Positions 29,034 to 38,484 of a DNA stretch of 64,000 nucleotides are shown piece after piece (position 1 is the stretch's first letter; each line of letters begins with the position of its first letter). The stretch is from NCBI GenBank assembly GCA_012517255.1, contig JAAYVH010000313.1, forward strand, positions 5,960-69,959, read 5' to 3'. This DNA comes from Chthonomonadales bacterium (GTDB lineage Bacteria; Armatimonadota; Chthonomonadetes; Chthonomonadales; CAJBBX01). The notes under the pieces were generated by a model. That model saw only the letters and a program-made list of their open reading frames with translations. It ran no database searches and was not told the DNA's origin. A program made the translations under genes and the position numbers.

Positions 29034-30320
29034 ATGCGCATAGCCCATCTTGCGGCCGGAGCCGGCGGTATGTATTGCGGGGCATGTGCCCGCGATACGA
29101 TGCTTGCGCGCGGGCTAATGGCCCGCGGCCACGACGTGCAGATCATCCCTCTCTACACGCCTCTCCGCTTCGACGGCTCGGAGCCGCTGCCGACCAGTCG
29201 CATCTTCCTGGGCGGGGTCAACGCCTATCTGGAGCAGTATGTGCCCGTCTGGCGCTATCTGCCCCGCAGCATTCGGCGTGCGCTCGATCATCCGCGGCTG
29301 CTGGAATGGGTGTCGAGATTCGCCGTCTCGACGCGCGCTGGCGATCTTGGACCCATGATCGTGTCCGTGCTCCGCGGTATGGGGGGCAATCATGCCGGCG
29401 TGTTTGGCGAGCTCATGGATTACCTCCACGCCATGGCCCGGCCCGATCTGGTGAGTATCACCAACTCGTTGCTCACAGGGGTCGCGCCGGAGATCAAGCG
29501 CAGGATGGGGACCCCCATCGTCTGCGGGTTGCAGGGCGAGGACACCTTCGTTAACTCCGCTCCGGAGCCTTTTCGTTCGCAAGCGATCGAGCAGATGCGC
29601 AAGAATGCGCAGGCCGTCGATATGTTCCTCTCGCCCGGCGAGGCCTATGCGGCCACCATGGCCGACTTCCTCGGCGTTCCGAGGGAAAGGGTGCGCGTTA
29701 CGCGTGTCGGCGTGGATGCTCAGGCGTTCCGCGCCGATGCACGCACGCGGCCCTTCCCCTTCACCGTCGGCTTTCTTTCGGTGATCACGCCGCTCAAGGG
29801 TCTCGACATCCTGGTGGATGCACTCCTCAGACTGCACCAGCGCGGGAGAGAACTCGAACTGGCCATAGCGGGCAAGGTTCTCGACCGTTCCTATTGGCTC
29901 AGCCTGGTGCGCCGTCTTGACGATGCCGGCCTCGCCGATCGGATGCGGTACGCCGGCGAAGTCACATTCGCCCAGAAGGTTCGCTTCCTGCACGGATGCT
30001 CGGCCTTCTGCATGCCGAGCAGGCAGCCTGAGACCAGAGCCGTGGCCGCGCTCGAGGCGCAAGCAGCGGGACTGCCTGTAGTGGTTCCAAACGCGGGAAT
30101 CTTCCCCGAGATGCTGGCCCTGACGCAAGGAGGCGTCCTGTTCGAGCCCGGAAACAGCGAATCGCTTGCTGACGCCATTGAGCGGCTCATGGAAGACCCC
30201 GAAGCCACCCTGCGTATCGGGGAGGCCGCTGCGGCCGGGGTGTCGCTGCACTTCCGACCAGAAAGGCTCACCGAAGAGACGCTGGAAGCCATTCGGGACG
30301 TGCTGGGGAGCCGGGTGTAG
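29034..30320 (+). CDS. Glycosyltransferase family 4 protein
   Basis: GT-B pattern 'RGHDV', 'KGLDIL', 'MPSRQPET...LEAQAAGLPVV'. Confidence 0.88.
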   Translation: MRIAHLAAGAGGMYCGACARDTMLARGLMARGHDVQIIPLYTPLRFDGSEPLPTSRIFLGGVNAYLEQYVPVWRYLPRSIRRALDHPRLLEWVSRFAVSTRAGDLGPMIVSVLRGMGGNHAGVFGELMDYLHAMARPDLVSITNSLLTGVAPEIKRRMGTPIVCGLQGEDTFVNSAPEPFRSQAIEQMRKNAQAVDMFLSPGEAYAATMADFLGVPRERVRVTRVGVDAQAFRADARTRPFPFTVGFLSVITPLKGLDILVDALLRLHQRGRELELAIAGKVLDRSYWLSLVRRLDDAGLADRMRYAGEVTFAQKVRFLHGCSAFCMPSRQPETRAVAALEAQAAGLPVVVPNAGIFPEMLALTQGGVLFEPGNSESLADAIERLMEDPEATLRIGEAAAAGVSLHFRPERLTEETLEAIRDVLGSRV

Positions 30321-30379
30321 CCGCAGGTACACTCTGCCGTCGGCGTCCTTGCCGATCATCCTGATTCGGAGACTCAACT

Positions 30380-31561
30380 ATGAACACCGCGCTGATCGCC
30401 CTTGCGTTGGGCGTCGGACTGACCCAGGGTCCTGCATGGAAGTCGTTGCCCGTGGTTGAACCTGTGGGCGAGAAGCAGATGCAGGGCTGCTACACCGTCG
30501 CCAATCGCCGGGAGATCCAGTGGCGACGTCCGAAGTTCGTCTACAACGCCAGGGCCGCCACCGGTAGGAAGCTTGCCAAGGTGATCGTCCTGATCTACAA
30601 CCCGATCCTCAAGGGTCAGGGCGGCAAGAGCCTCATCGAGCACTTCCAGTGGAATGACCCTGTCCAGTATTCGCACATTCTGGCCGATGTGATTCGGCAG
30701 GCCTCGTGGGGATACATCAACTACGAGATCGTGGACATCATCGAAGTGGACGGCTTCCCGAAGCGGCTCGATGGTACGCGCTATGATGAGACGACGTACC
30801 TCGAAGCCCACAGGACCCAGCAATGGCATCCCGTCACATCCTCCTACCGCGGCTTCTTCGAAGATAACCGCATTCTCGAGCGCTGTAAGAAGGAGAACAT
30901 CACGGAGCTCTGGGTCTGGGGTGCACCGGGGTTCCACTTCGACGAGTTCGCGGGATACATCCCCAATCGATACGCTCGCTTCGGCCCGACCGACAATCCG
31001 TGGCTCTACCTGCCCTACGACATCCCGCCCGAGATCGGTCACACCATGTGGGTCATGGGCTTCAACTACGAGGTCGGCCCAGACAACATGATCCACAGCT
31101 ACGCCCACCGTGTAGAGAGCATGGCGGCGCTCGCCATGGCGGATGGGGTCTGGGACCCGAAGACGCTGCGCGACCCCTGGAATGTCTACTCATGGCTCGA
31201 AATGGACACTCCCGGGACCCCTTCCATGGTAGGCAACTGCCACGTGCCGCCGAACGGCCAGGGCGGCTACGACTACAACAATAGGCGCCGCGTTCAGTCG
31301 TGGGCCGACTCGTGGCGCAACTACCCAGACCTTCGGGGGCCAACACGCGAGGTGGGCTCCGCCGAGTGGGGCAACAGCCACTTCGGCTACATGAAGTGGT
31401 GGCTTGAGCGCATCCCCAAGTTCCCGGGCCATACCAAGTACGGCTACAACAACTGGTGGGTCTACATCGCCAACACCGACGAGGATCTGCCCGAGTATCG
31501 TATGCCCGACCCGGGCAAGTTCGTGCTCCCCGCCGATATGCCAGAGGCGGCGGCTCCTTAG
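30380..31561 (+). CDS. Secreted conserved hypothetical protein
   Basis: GGAG RBS, signal-like N-terminus, strong coding bias; aromatic-rich; 'HSYAHRVE'. Confidence 0.75.
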   Translation: MNTALIALALGVGLTQGPAWKSLPVVEPVGEKQMQGCYTVANRREIQWRRPKFVYNARAATGRKLAKVIVLIYNPILKGQGGKSLIEHFQWNDPVQYSHILADVIRQASWGYINYEIVDIIEVDGFPKRLDGTRYDETTYLEAHRTQQWHPVTSSYRGFFEDNRILERCKKENITELWVWGAPGFHFDEFAGYIPNRYARFGPTDNPWLYLPYDIPPEIGHTMWVMGFNYEVGPDNMIHSYAHRVESMAALAMADGVWDPKTLRDPWNVYSWLEMDTPGTPSMVGNCHVPPNGQGGYDYNNRRRVQSWADSWRNYPDLRGPTREVGSAEWGNSHFGYMKWWLERIPKFPGHTKYGYNNWWVYIANTDEDLPEYRMPDPGKFVLPADMPEAAAP

Positions 31562-31660
31562 CGTCGGCCATGGCTGGCTCTGTTAAGTCCTCGTAAGAAG
31601 CGAGCAACTGCCGCCCTCGCGCTCGTAGATGACGCTGAATAGCGCGTTGGGAGGCAATCC

Positions 31661-33598
31661 GTGAAAGCTCGCCATTGGGAGGATGACCCTGCCGTTCGCT
31701 CGGATCAGGGGATCGGAGACACGTTTGGGGACGTCATAGCTCGTCGACTCAGCCGCAGAGACCTGCTCCGCGCCGGACTGGTGGCAGGCTTCGGCGTCGC
31801 TCTGACGGGCATCGGAGACTCGCCTGCGCATGCAGACGGCCAGGTCAGGCCGAGCCCGACCGGTCTCGACTTCGCGCCGCTCACACCCTCGAAAGGGCCC
31901 GATGTACTGGTGCCCGCAGGGTACCGCTCGCAGATCGTCGTTCGGTGGGGCGACCCGCTTGGGCCGGGCGCTTCCGATGCGTTCGATCCAGCGGCGCTGA
32001 CGCCGCGCGATCAGGCCGTTCGATTCGGCTACAACTGCGACTTCGTCGGCTTCATGCCGCTGCCTCGCGGCTCGCGGACCTCCGATCACGGACTGCTGGT
32101 CGTGAACCACGAGTATGTCAATCCCGAGCTCATGTTTCCGGTGGAAAGCCCCGGCGATCTGACACGCGAACAGGTGGATGCCTGTATGGAGGCCATGGGT
32201 CTGTCGGTGGTTGAAGTCCGCCGCGCGGCCGGTCGATGGTCGGTGGTGGTGGATGGAGCCCGCAACCGCCGTGTCACCGCGACCACATCCGTCATCATCA
32301 CAGGCCCGGCACGGGGCGACGAGCGCATGAAGACCTCCGACCATCCAGATGGAACGAGCTGCACCGGGACGATGCACAACTGCTCCGCAGGCACGACACC
32401 GTGGGGCACGGTCCTCAGCGCCGAAGAGAACTTTCAGGACATGTTCGGCAATGCCTCGGCGCTGATGGACGCGCGCGACCGCCGGTCCGCCCAAAGGTAC
32501 GGGCTCGGCGAAAATGAGAGCGTCTACAGGTTCGAGCGGCATCTGGACCGGCTGGACTGCGGCAAGGAGCCCCACGAACCCTACCACTTTGGATGGGTCG
32601 TCGAAGTAGACCCCTACGATCGCGACTGGACGCCGCGCAAGCGGACCGCACTGGGCCGATTTCGCCACGAAGCGGCTACTACCCATGTGACCAGGGGCGG
32701 CAAGGTGGTCCTCTACTCCGGCGACGATGCGCGCTTCGAGTATGTCTACAAGTTCGTGTGCGCTCGGCCCTACGATCCGCGCAACCGTGCCGTTAACCGC
32801 GATCTGCTCGATGACGGCATCCTGTATGTGGCCCGGTTCAACGAGGACGGCTCGGGAGATTGGCTGCCTCTGGTCCATGGTCGTGGGCCGCTGACGGAAG
32901 ACAACGGCTTTCGCTCGCAGGCCGACGTGGCGATTGATGCGCGGATCGCTGCGCATCTCGTGGGCGCGACGAAAATGGATCGGCCAGAAGACATCGAGGT
33001 GAATCCTGCCAACCGCAAAGTCTACGTGGTATGCACCAACAATGTTGATAGGGGCGCCGACGGCAAAGCGAAGCCCGATAGGCCGAACCCTCGCGTACGG
33101 AACGCGCATGGGCACATCATTGAGATCGCCGAAGCAGGCGACGACCACGCGGCGACGTCGTTCCGATGGGAGCTCTTCATGGTATGCGGCGAGCCAGATG
33201 ATCCCGCCACCTACTTCGCGGGCTTCGACAGGTCGCAGGTGAGTCCGATCTCGTGTCCCGACAATATCTGCTTCGATCGCCGGGGCAACCTCTGGATTGC
33301 CACGGACGGTCAGGAGAAGGCGCTGGATCGCCGCGACGGATTCTATGCCGTGCCGGTTGCGGGGCCTGAGCGAGGCAGGCTGAGGCAGTTCATGGAGAGC
33401 GTTGAAGGCAGCGAGGTGTGCGGGCCGGAGTTCACGCCGGACGGCAAGACCGTCTTCCTCGCGATCCAGCATCCGGGGGAGGGCTCAACCTTCTCGAATC
33501 CGACGACCCGATGGCCTGACGGATCCGGTCCACCCCGTCCGTCGGTCATAGCCATTCAGGCGGAAAACGGCGGCGTCATAGGCGGGCGCGGCACCTGA
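31661..33598 (+). CDS. phoX: PhoX-family alkaline phosphatase (Tat-exported)
   Basis: 'SRRDLL' Tat motif; 'FGYNCDF', 'NHEY', 'NCSAGTTPWGTVLSAEENF', 'GRFRHE', 'MDRPED', 'PDN', 'EVCG', 'IQHPGE'. Confidence 0.92.
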   Translation: MKARHWEDDPAVRSDQGIGDTFGDVIARRLSRRDLLRAGLVAGFGVALTGIGDSPAHADGQVRPSPTGLDFAPLTPSKGPDVLVPAGYRSQIVVRWGDPLGPGASDAFDPAALTPRDQAVRFGYNCDFVGFMPLPRGSRTSDHGLLVVNHEYVNPELMFPVESPGDLTREQVDACMEAMGLSVVEVRRAAGRWSVVVDGARNRRVTATTSVIITGPARGDERMKTSDHPDGTSCTGTMHNCSAGTTPWGTVLSAEENFQDMFGNASALMDARDRRSAQRYGLGENESVYRFERHLDRLDCGKEPHEPYHFGWVVEVDPYDRDWTPRKRTALGRFRHEAATTHVTRGGKVVLYSGDDARFEYVYKFVCARPYDPRNRAVNRDLLDDGILYVARFNEDGSGDWLPLVHGRGPLTEDNGFRSQADVAIDARIAAHLVGATKMDRPEDIEVNPANRKVYVVCTNNVDRGADGKAKPDRPNPRVRNAHGHIIEIAEAGDDHAATSFRWELFMVCGEPDDPATYFAGFDRSQVSPISCPDNICFDRRGNLWIATDGQEKALDRRDGFYAVPVAGPERGRLRQFMESVEGSEVCGPEFTPDGKTVFLAIQHPGEGSTFSNPTTRWPDGSGPPRPSVIAIQAENGGVIGGRGT

Positions 33599-33708
33599 CG
33601 TCGGCCCTATGCCGCCGATCGCCCGGGTACGGGCAGCTCCGTTCGCATGGCTGTTCGGCGCTCATGGGGCCTGCAGGACTCCCCGTTGGCTGAGGCGAAA
33701 CGGGCGCT

Positions 33709-35184
33709 ATGGCAACGCAACCGTCGTTCAGCCGGCCGCTGTCGCGGCGAACCTTGGTGAAGGGAGGGGGCGCTATGGCACTGGCATCCGCAGGCGCCGC
33801 TGAATCGGGGTTGATCGGCCAACGCCGGCCAACCGGCCAGCGACCGAACATCCTGATCTTTCACGCGCACGACCTGGGTCAGCATCTGGGCTGCTATGGG
33901 GTACCGACTGTCAGAACGCCCTCCATCGACGGATTCGCAGCGCAGGGCGTGCGCTTCGAGCGATCCTACTGCACCGCGCCGTCGTGCAGCCCATCGCGCG
34001 CCTCGCTGTTGACAGGACGCTACCCGCATTGCAACGGCGTGCTTGGACTGTGTCACTTCCGATTCGAGTGGGATCTGCATCCGAATGAGAGACACCTCGC
34101 GCAGTTGCTGCGCGATGCCGGCTACGCGACCTGTGCCGTCGGCGTGATCCATGAGACCCATCAGAAGGCTGAGCGGTGGGGATACGAGAAGCACATCCCC
34201 AATGCTCGCGCCGCACAGGCAGCCGAGGCGGCGATCGCGGAGCTCGAGCGGCTTCGAGAGGCCGAGAAGCCGTTCTACCTGTGGATCGGGACCATTGAGC
34301 CGCATCGTCTCGCGATACCGCAGGAGCCTGGACAACCGCCGGGCGATCAAGGGTTCCCGGGACCTGGGATGGAGCCGGACGACGGCCTCGGCGTCTATGT
34401 GCCGCCCTATCTCGTGGATACGCCGCCCTGTCGCAAGGAGCTTGCCGGACTGCAGGGAGCCGTGCGTCACGTGGATGCGCAGTTCGGTCGAATCCTGACG
34501 GCGCTTGATCGTATGGGACTTGCCGACGACACGCTTGTCATCTTCACGACTGACCATGGCATCGCGATGCCACGGGCCAAGTGCAATCTCTACGAGCCCG
34601 GGGTTAGCATCGCATGCATACTGAGACTCCCGTCTCGAGCTGGCTGGCACGGCGGCATTGTGCGTCGAGAGATGATATCCAACATAGACATGCTACCGAC
34701 CCTCGCCGAGGTAGCCGGGTTCAGCGTTCCGTCTTCGGTCCAGGGCCTGTCGTTCGCGTCGCTGCTGGACGGACGGGAGTACCGCGGCCACGATGCCATA
34801 TACACGGAGCTGACGTACCACGACTACTATGACCCCAAGCGGGCCATCCGAACCGAGACCCACAAGCTCATCGCCAACTTCTCGACGGCTCCGGCGTTCA
34901 TGGACCCGTCGCAGCAATGGCGGCCACGCTCGGATACGGTCACGCCGCCTAACCATGCTACGGCGTACCATCCCTATCTCGAGCTGTACGACCTGGTTGC
35001 CGATCCATGGGAACAGAAGGACCTTGCGGAGGATCCGGGCCACGCCGGGCTGCTGAAGGATCTGGCTGGCAGGCTGTACAAGCACATGGTGGCGACACGA
35101 GACCCGATCCTGCGCGGCGCAGTCACGTCGCCGCACCATCGGCGCACGGCCGAGGCTCTGCGGATGGCCGGCCGAAAGACGTGA
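33709..35184 (+). CDS. Formylglycine-dependent sulfatase (Tat-exported)
   Basis: 'SRRTLV' Tat motif, 'RPNIL', 'CSPSRASLLTGRYPH', 'TDHG', 'ELYDLVADPWE'. Confidence 0.92.
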   Translation: MATQPSFSRPLSRRTLVKGGGAMALASAGAAESGLIGQRRPTGQRPNILIFHAHDLGQHLGCYGVPTVRTPSIDGFAAQGVRFERSYCTAPSCSPSRASLLTGRYPHCNGVLGLCHFRFEWDLHPNERHLAQLLRDAGYATCAVGVIHETHQKAERWGYEKHIPNARAAQAAEAAIAELERLREAEKPFYLWIGTIEPHRLAIPQEPGQPPGDQGFPGPGMEPDDGLGVYVPPYLVDTPPCRKELAGLQGAVRHVDAQFGRILTALDRMGLADDTLVIFTTDHGIAMPRAKCNLYEPGVSIACILRLPSRAGWHGGIVRREMISNIDMLPTLAEVAGFSVPSSVQGLSFASLLDGREYRGHDAIYTELTYHDYYDPKRAIRTETHKLIANFSTAPAFMDPSQQWRPRSDTVTPPNHATAYHPYLELYDLVADPWEQKDLAEDPGHAGLLKDLAGRLYKHMVATRDPILRGAVTSPHHRRTAEALRMAGRKT

Positions 35185-36692
35185 CGGGGCTTGTGCGGCA
35201 AGCGGCGGTCGTCGCGTGGGCGCTGGGGCTGTCGCTCCAGGCGCTCGGTCAGTCGGCTGCTGACCCTCCCATGGTGATCCGCGACCGGTTCGGTCGCGAT
35301 CTCGCGCAGCGCGGAATCACGCTGGTGGACTGGCAGGGCCATATCGCCAATCCGGCAATCCCTCTCAAGGTAGAGCTGAGCGGACGGGTCAATCTACCGG
35401 CGAGAGTGGTGATGAAGGCGAACGGGCAGCGCCTCATGTTCAACCTGTTCAGCGACGTCGGCTCCCAGGGACCCGAGAAAACCATCTTCCTGGACGGACC
35501 GTCGCGAACGGCCTCCTTCTTCATGTCCGTTTTCCCCGACAGAGACGCGCACGACGAAACGTACAGGCTTAGTCTCGAGCTTACAACGGGCGTCGGGGAG
35601 AGGCGAACAGCATCGTGGCCGATCCGGGTGATCGATCAGGACCGAGACATGCCCGATGCCTATCCGATGCACCTCGATTTCACCCATGACGCCCTCGGAT
35701 TCTTCGGTGACCCGGCTATCCGTCGCACGATCGAGCAGGCTGCTCGTGACTGGGCCTACTTCTTTGATGATCAGGGCTTTGCCCCCGTCGCTGCAGGCGC
35801 CGAGACAGCGTGGATCCACGAGCCGGATACGTTCGAGCGGGGCAGGACCGTAACGAATGCGACCGACTACAGGGGCTTCCTGCTCTTCGCTCAGAGCATC
35901 AGGGGTCCGGAAAGACGATCCGGGGGACGGTGCTCCGATCAGGGCGGATTGCAGGTGCGAGACGGCAGGAAGACGGGACTCCGGCGCTCGGGCACGGTCA
36001 TCTCAGAGGTGACAGGCAACTGGAACGGCCTCGGATGGTCGGTCGAGGAGAGCGACGATCGGTGGTGGACATCATCGAACCACGCTCGCGAGCCCCATGA
36101 CTACTACTCAGTCGTTCGTCAGGAGATCGGCCATGCGCTTCTCTATCATCGGCCCATACCGGGCTTCGGCAAGCTCATCCGGTCGGGTCGCGTGCGCGAC
36201 CGTGAACTGGAGCGATACCTCGGCGGCGCTCCCGCGATCAACGCTTCGGAGCATCTCTTCCAGACGGTCGATCCCGTCAGTCGGGTCGGGGCATTCGGCA
36301 ATGAGTACGGCGGGGATATGCCGCGCAAGCGTTGGCTCATCACGAAGGTTGATCTACTGGTCGCGAGGGCTGCCGGCTACCGCCTGAGGGAGACGACGCC
36401 TTTGATGCCCCTTGAGGCAAATGCCAGGCTCGCGATCGCGGTGCGTGTGGGCGAGCCGGTGCAGTCGTCGTTGCAGATTCGCGGCGGCATACCCGCATAT
36501 GACTGTCAGATAGTGCGGGGGTCCTTGCCCGACGGCGTTGCGCTGGACCCTTTCACCGGAGCGATCACCGGGTCACCGAGGCGCCCCGGGCGGTATCGCG
36601 CGACCGTGGAGGTTCGCGATAACGATCCTGCCGACCCGAAAACACGTGTGGAAGTGACCGTTGGCGTGATGGGTAGAGAGAGCGGCTCCTGA
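35181..36692 (+). CDS. Secreted protein with degenerate zincin motif and C-terminal putative Ig domain
   Basis: GTGA overlap with the sulfatase stop; signal peptide; 'QEIGHAL'; 'GSLPDGVALDPFTGAITGSP'. Confidence 0.7.
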   Translation: MTGLVRQAAVVAWALGLSLQALGQSAADPPMVIRDRFGRDLAQRGITLVDWQGHIANPAIPLKVELSGRVNLPARVVMKANGQRLMFNLFSDVGSQGPEKTIFLDGPSRTASFFMSVFPDRDAHDETYRLSLELTTGVGERRTASWPIRVIDQDRDMPDAYPMHLDFTHDALGFFGDPAIRRTIEQAARDWAYFFDDQGFAPVAAGAETAWIHEPDTFERGRTVTNATDYRGFLLFAQSIRGPERRSGGRCSDQGGLQVRDGRKTGLRRSGTVISEVTGNWNGLGWSVEESDDRWWTSSNHAREPHDYYSVVRQEIGHALLYHRPIPGFGKLIRSGRVRDRELERYLGGAPAINASEHLFQTVDPVSRVGAFGNEYGGDMPRKRWLITKVDLLVARAAGYRLRETTPLMPLEANARLAIAVRVGEPVQSSLQIRGGIPAYDCQIVRGSLPDGVALDPFTGAITGSPRRPGRYRATVEVRDNDPADPKTRVEVTVGVMGRESGS

Positions 36693-36763
36693 ACGCCAGC
36701 GGCGGAGACGCGCCCCCCCGCGCTGCTCGTGGCGGAGGCGGTTCGCCGTAGCGGATGCGCCGG

Positions 36764-37402
36764 CTAGCCGAGCTCCATCTCTCGCCTGAACTCCGGCCCA
36801 GGATCGAGGAACCCGCGACTGACTGCATCGGCGATCATGGCACGGGCGTAGGACCACAGTTCGGGAGCGCCGTCGGCGATGATGCGGTTGCGCCGCAAGA
36901 CGCGATCAGCGGTCACGCCATGCTCGCGCCATGCGCCGCCAGAGGTGGCATAGTTTTGGAGCATAGGCTGGAGACGATCGAGGGCATTGGCATACCGCGC
37001 TTCGGGTGTCTCACGAGCCTCGAACTCGTCCCACAGGTCCCGCAGATAGGCCGCCTGATCGTGCGGAAGGATGCCGAAGATGCGGTCGGCAGCCACGCTC
37101 TCGCGTTCGTGCTTGCCCACCATGCCCTCGGTGTCGTAGCAGAACGTGTCGCCGCAGTCAATCTCGACCAGGTCATGCACGAGAAGCATGGTCACGGTGC
37201 GCAGAACGTCGAGCTCGGGCGGCGCGTGCTCAGAGAGGGTGACGGCCATGATGGCGATGTGCCACGAATGCTCCGCGTCGTTCTCCCTGCGCGCGCCGTC
37301 CATCAGGACGGTCTGCCGATAGATGCTCTTCACGCGATCAATCTCGCGAATGAACGCCAACTGAGCCGACAGACGCCGTGATTGCTCGCTTGATGTTTCC
37401 AC
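36764..37402 (-). CDS. HD-domain phosphohydrolase (YfbR/HDDC2-like)
   Basis: 'RENDAEHSWH', 'LVHDLVEI', 'ALDRLQP'; AGGAGG RBS. Confidence 0.9.
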   Translation of the reverse strand: METSSEQSRRLSAQLAFIREIDRVKSIYRQTVLMDGARRENDAEHSWHIAIMAVTLSEHAPPELDVLRTVTMLLVHDLVEIDCGDTFCYDTEGMVGKHERESVAADRIFGILPHDQAAYLRDLWDEFEARETPEARYANALDRLQPMLQNYATSGGAWREHGVTADRVLRRNRIIADGAPELWSYARAMIADAVSRGFLDPGPEFRREMELG

Positions 37403-37541
37403 TGTCCTTGAACCTCCTGCCGGTCCTTCCAGCTCCCATGGGAGAGTACCTGAGCGAGGTCATCGGAGGACAGGTGTGGTGGCACACGGGCTCGGGTCAC
37501 GCGAAGGACGTTGCACATCCGGTACCGAAATACGCGCAACT

Positions 37542-38474
37542 ATGGTTGTGGACATCCATGCGCATTGCTGCGATCTTCGAACGCCCACGAGTATGGATCG
37601 GACGCCGCTGTCCGTCTTGGCGTTACTCGAACGCCTCGACGATGAAGGGATCGCAATGGCGGTCCTATTGCCGTGGCCAGCATGCCCTGAGGCAGTAACG
37701 TTCCCTGGCCTGTTCGGTCCCATTCCGGACGTCGTGTCGCAGATACGGGCGGCCGGCGCACATCGGGACCGACTGATACCGTTCGGTAATGTCGATCCTC
37801 GTTGGGGCGGCAACAGCCCGCGGGCCGACTTCCGCTGGTTGCTCGAACGTTTCATAGAGATGGGCTGCAAGGGGATCGGCGAACTCGGCGGCAACCTGTG
37901 GTTCGACGATCCGCGGGTAGTGAACGTCGTGCGCCAGTGCGGCGAGATGGGGCTTCCCGTGCTGTTCGAAAGCTGCGGCCCGGGCGAAGGCCGGTACGGC
38001 CTGATAGACGAGCCTGGCTCAGCCCATCTCGAACGGCTGCTTCAACTGGCCCCTGAGACCGTGCTGATCGGCCACGGGCCGGGCTTCTGGGCGGAGATCG
38101 GGGAAGGCCTGACACCCGAAGAGAAGTCCGGCTATCCATCGGGTCCGGTCAGGTCCGGCGGCAGCCTGCAGCGGCTGTTGCGCACGTACCCCAACCTGTA
38201 CGCGGACCTCTCCGCCCACAGCGGCTACAACGCGCTGACGCGGGATCGAGACTACGGAGCGCCGTTTCTCCGCGAGTTCCAGGACCGGCTGATGTTCGGC
38301 ACCGACACGTGCTTCGCCGATGAAGCGGGCAGGATGCCGACTCTCGCGTATCTGCGCAGTCTCCTGGCCAAAGGGGAGCTGGATACCGCTGCGTTCAGCG
38401 CCATCGGCGGGGGCAATGCCCTGCGCCTGCTGGGGATTGCGGAGCCGTCGGGCGGGCCGCTTGCCGGCACGTAG
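37542..38474 (+). CDS. Amidohydrolase family (Amidohydro_2) protein
   Basis: 'VDIHAH', 'KGIGE', 'IGHG', 'NLYADLSA', 'RLMFGTD'. Confidence 0.88.
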   Translation: MVVDIHAHCCDLRTPTSMDRTPLSVLALLERLDDEGIAMAVLLPWPACPEAVTFPGLFGPIPDVVSQIRAAGAHRDRLIPFGNVDPRWGGNSPRADFRWLLERFIEMGCKGIGELGGNLWFDDPRVVNVVRQCGEMGLPVLFESCGPGEGRYGLIDEPGSAHLERLLQLAPETVLIGHGPGFWAEIGEGLTPEEKSGYPSGPVRSGGSLQRLLRTYPNLYADLSAHSGYNALTRDRDYGAPFLREFQDRLMFGTDTCFADEAGRMPTLAYLRSLLAKGELDTAAFSAIGGGNALRLLGIAEPSGGPLAGT

Positions 38475-38484
38475 GAGGAAGCAA

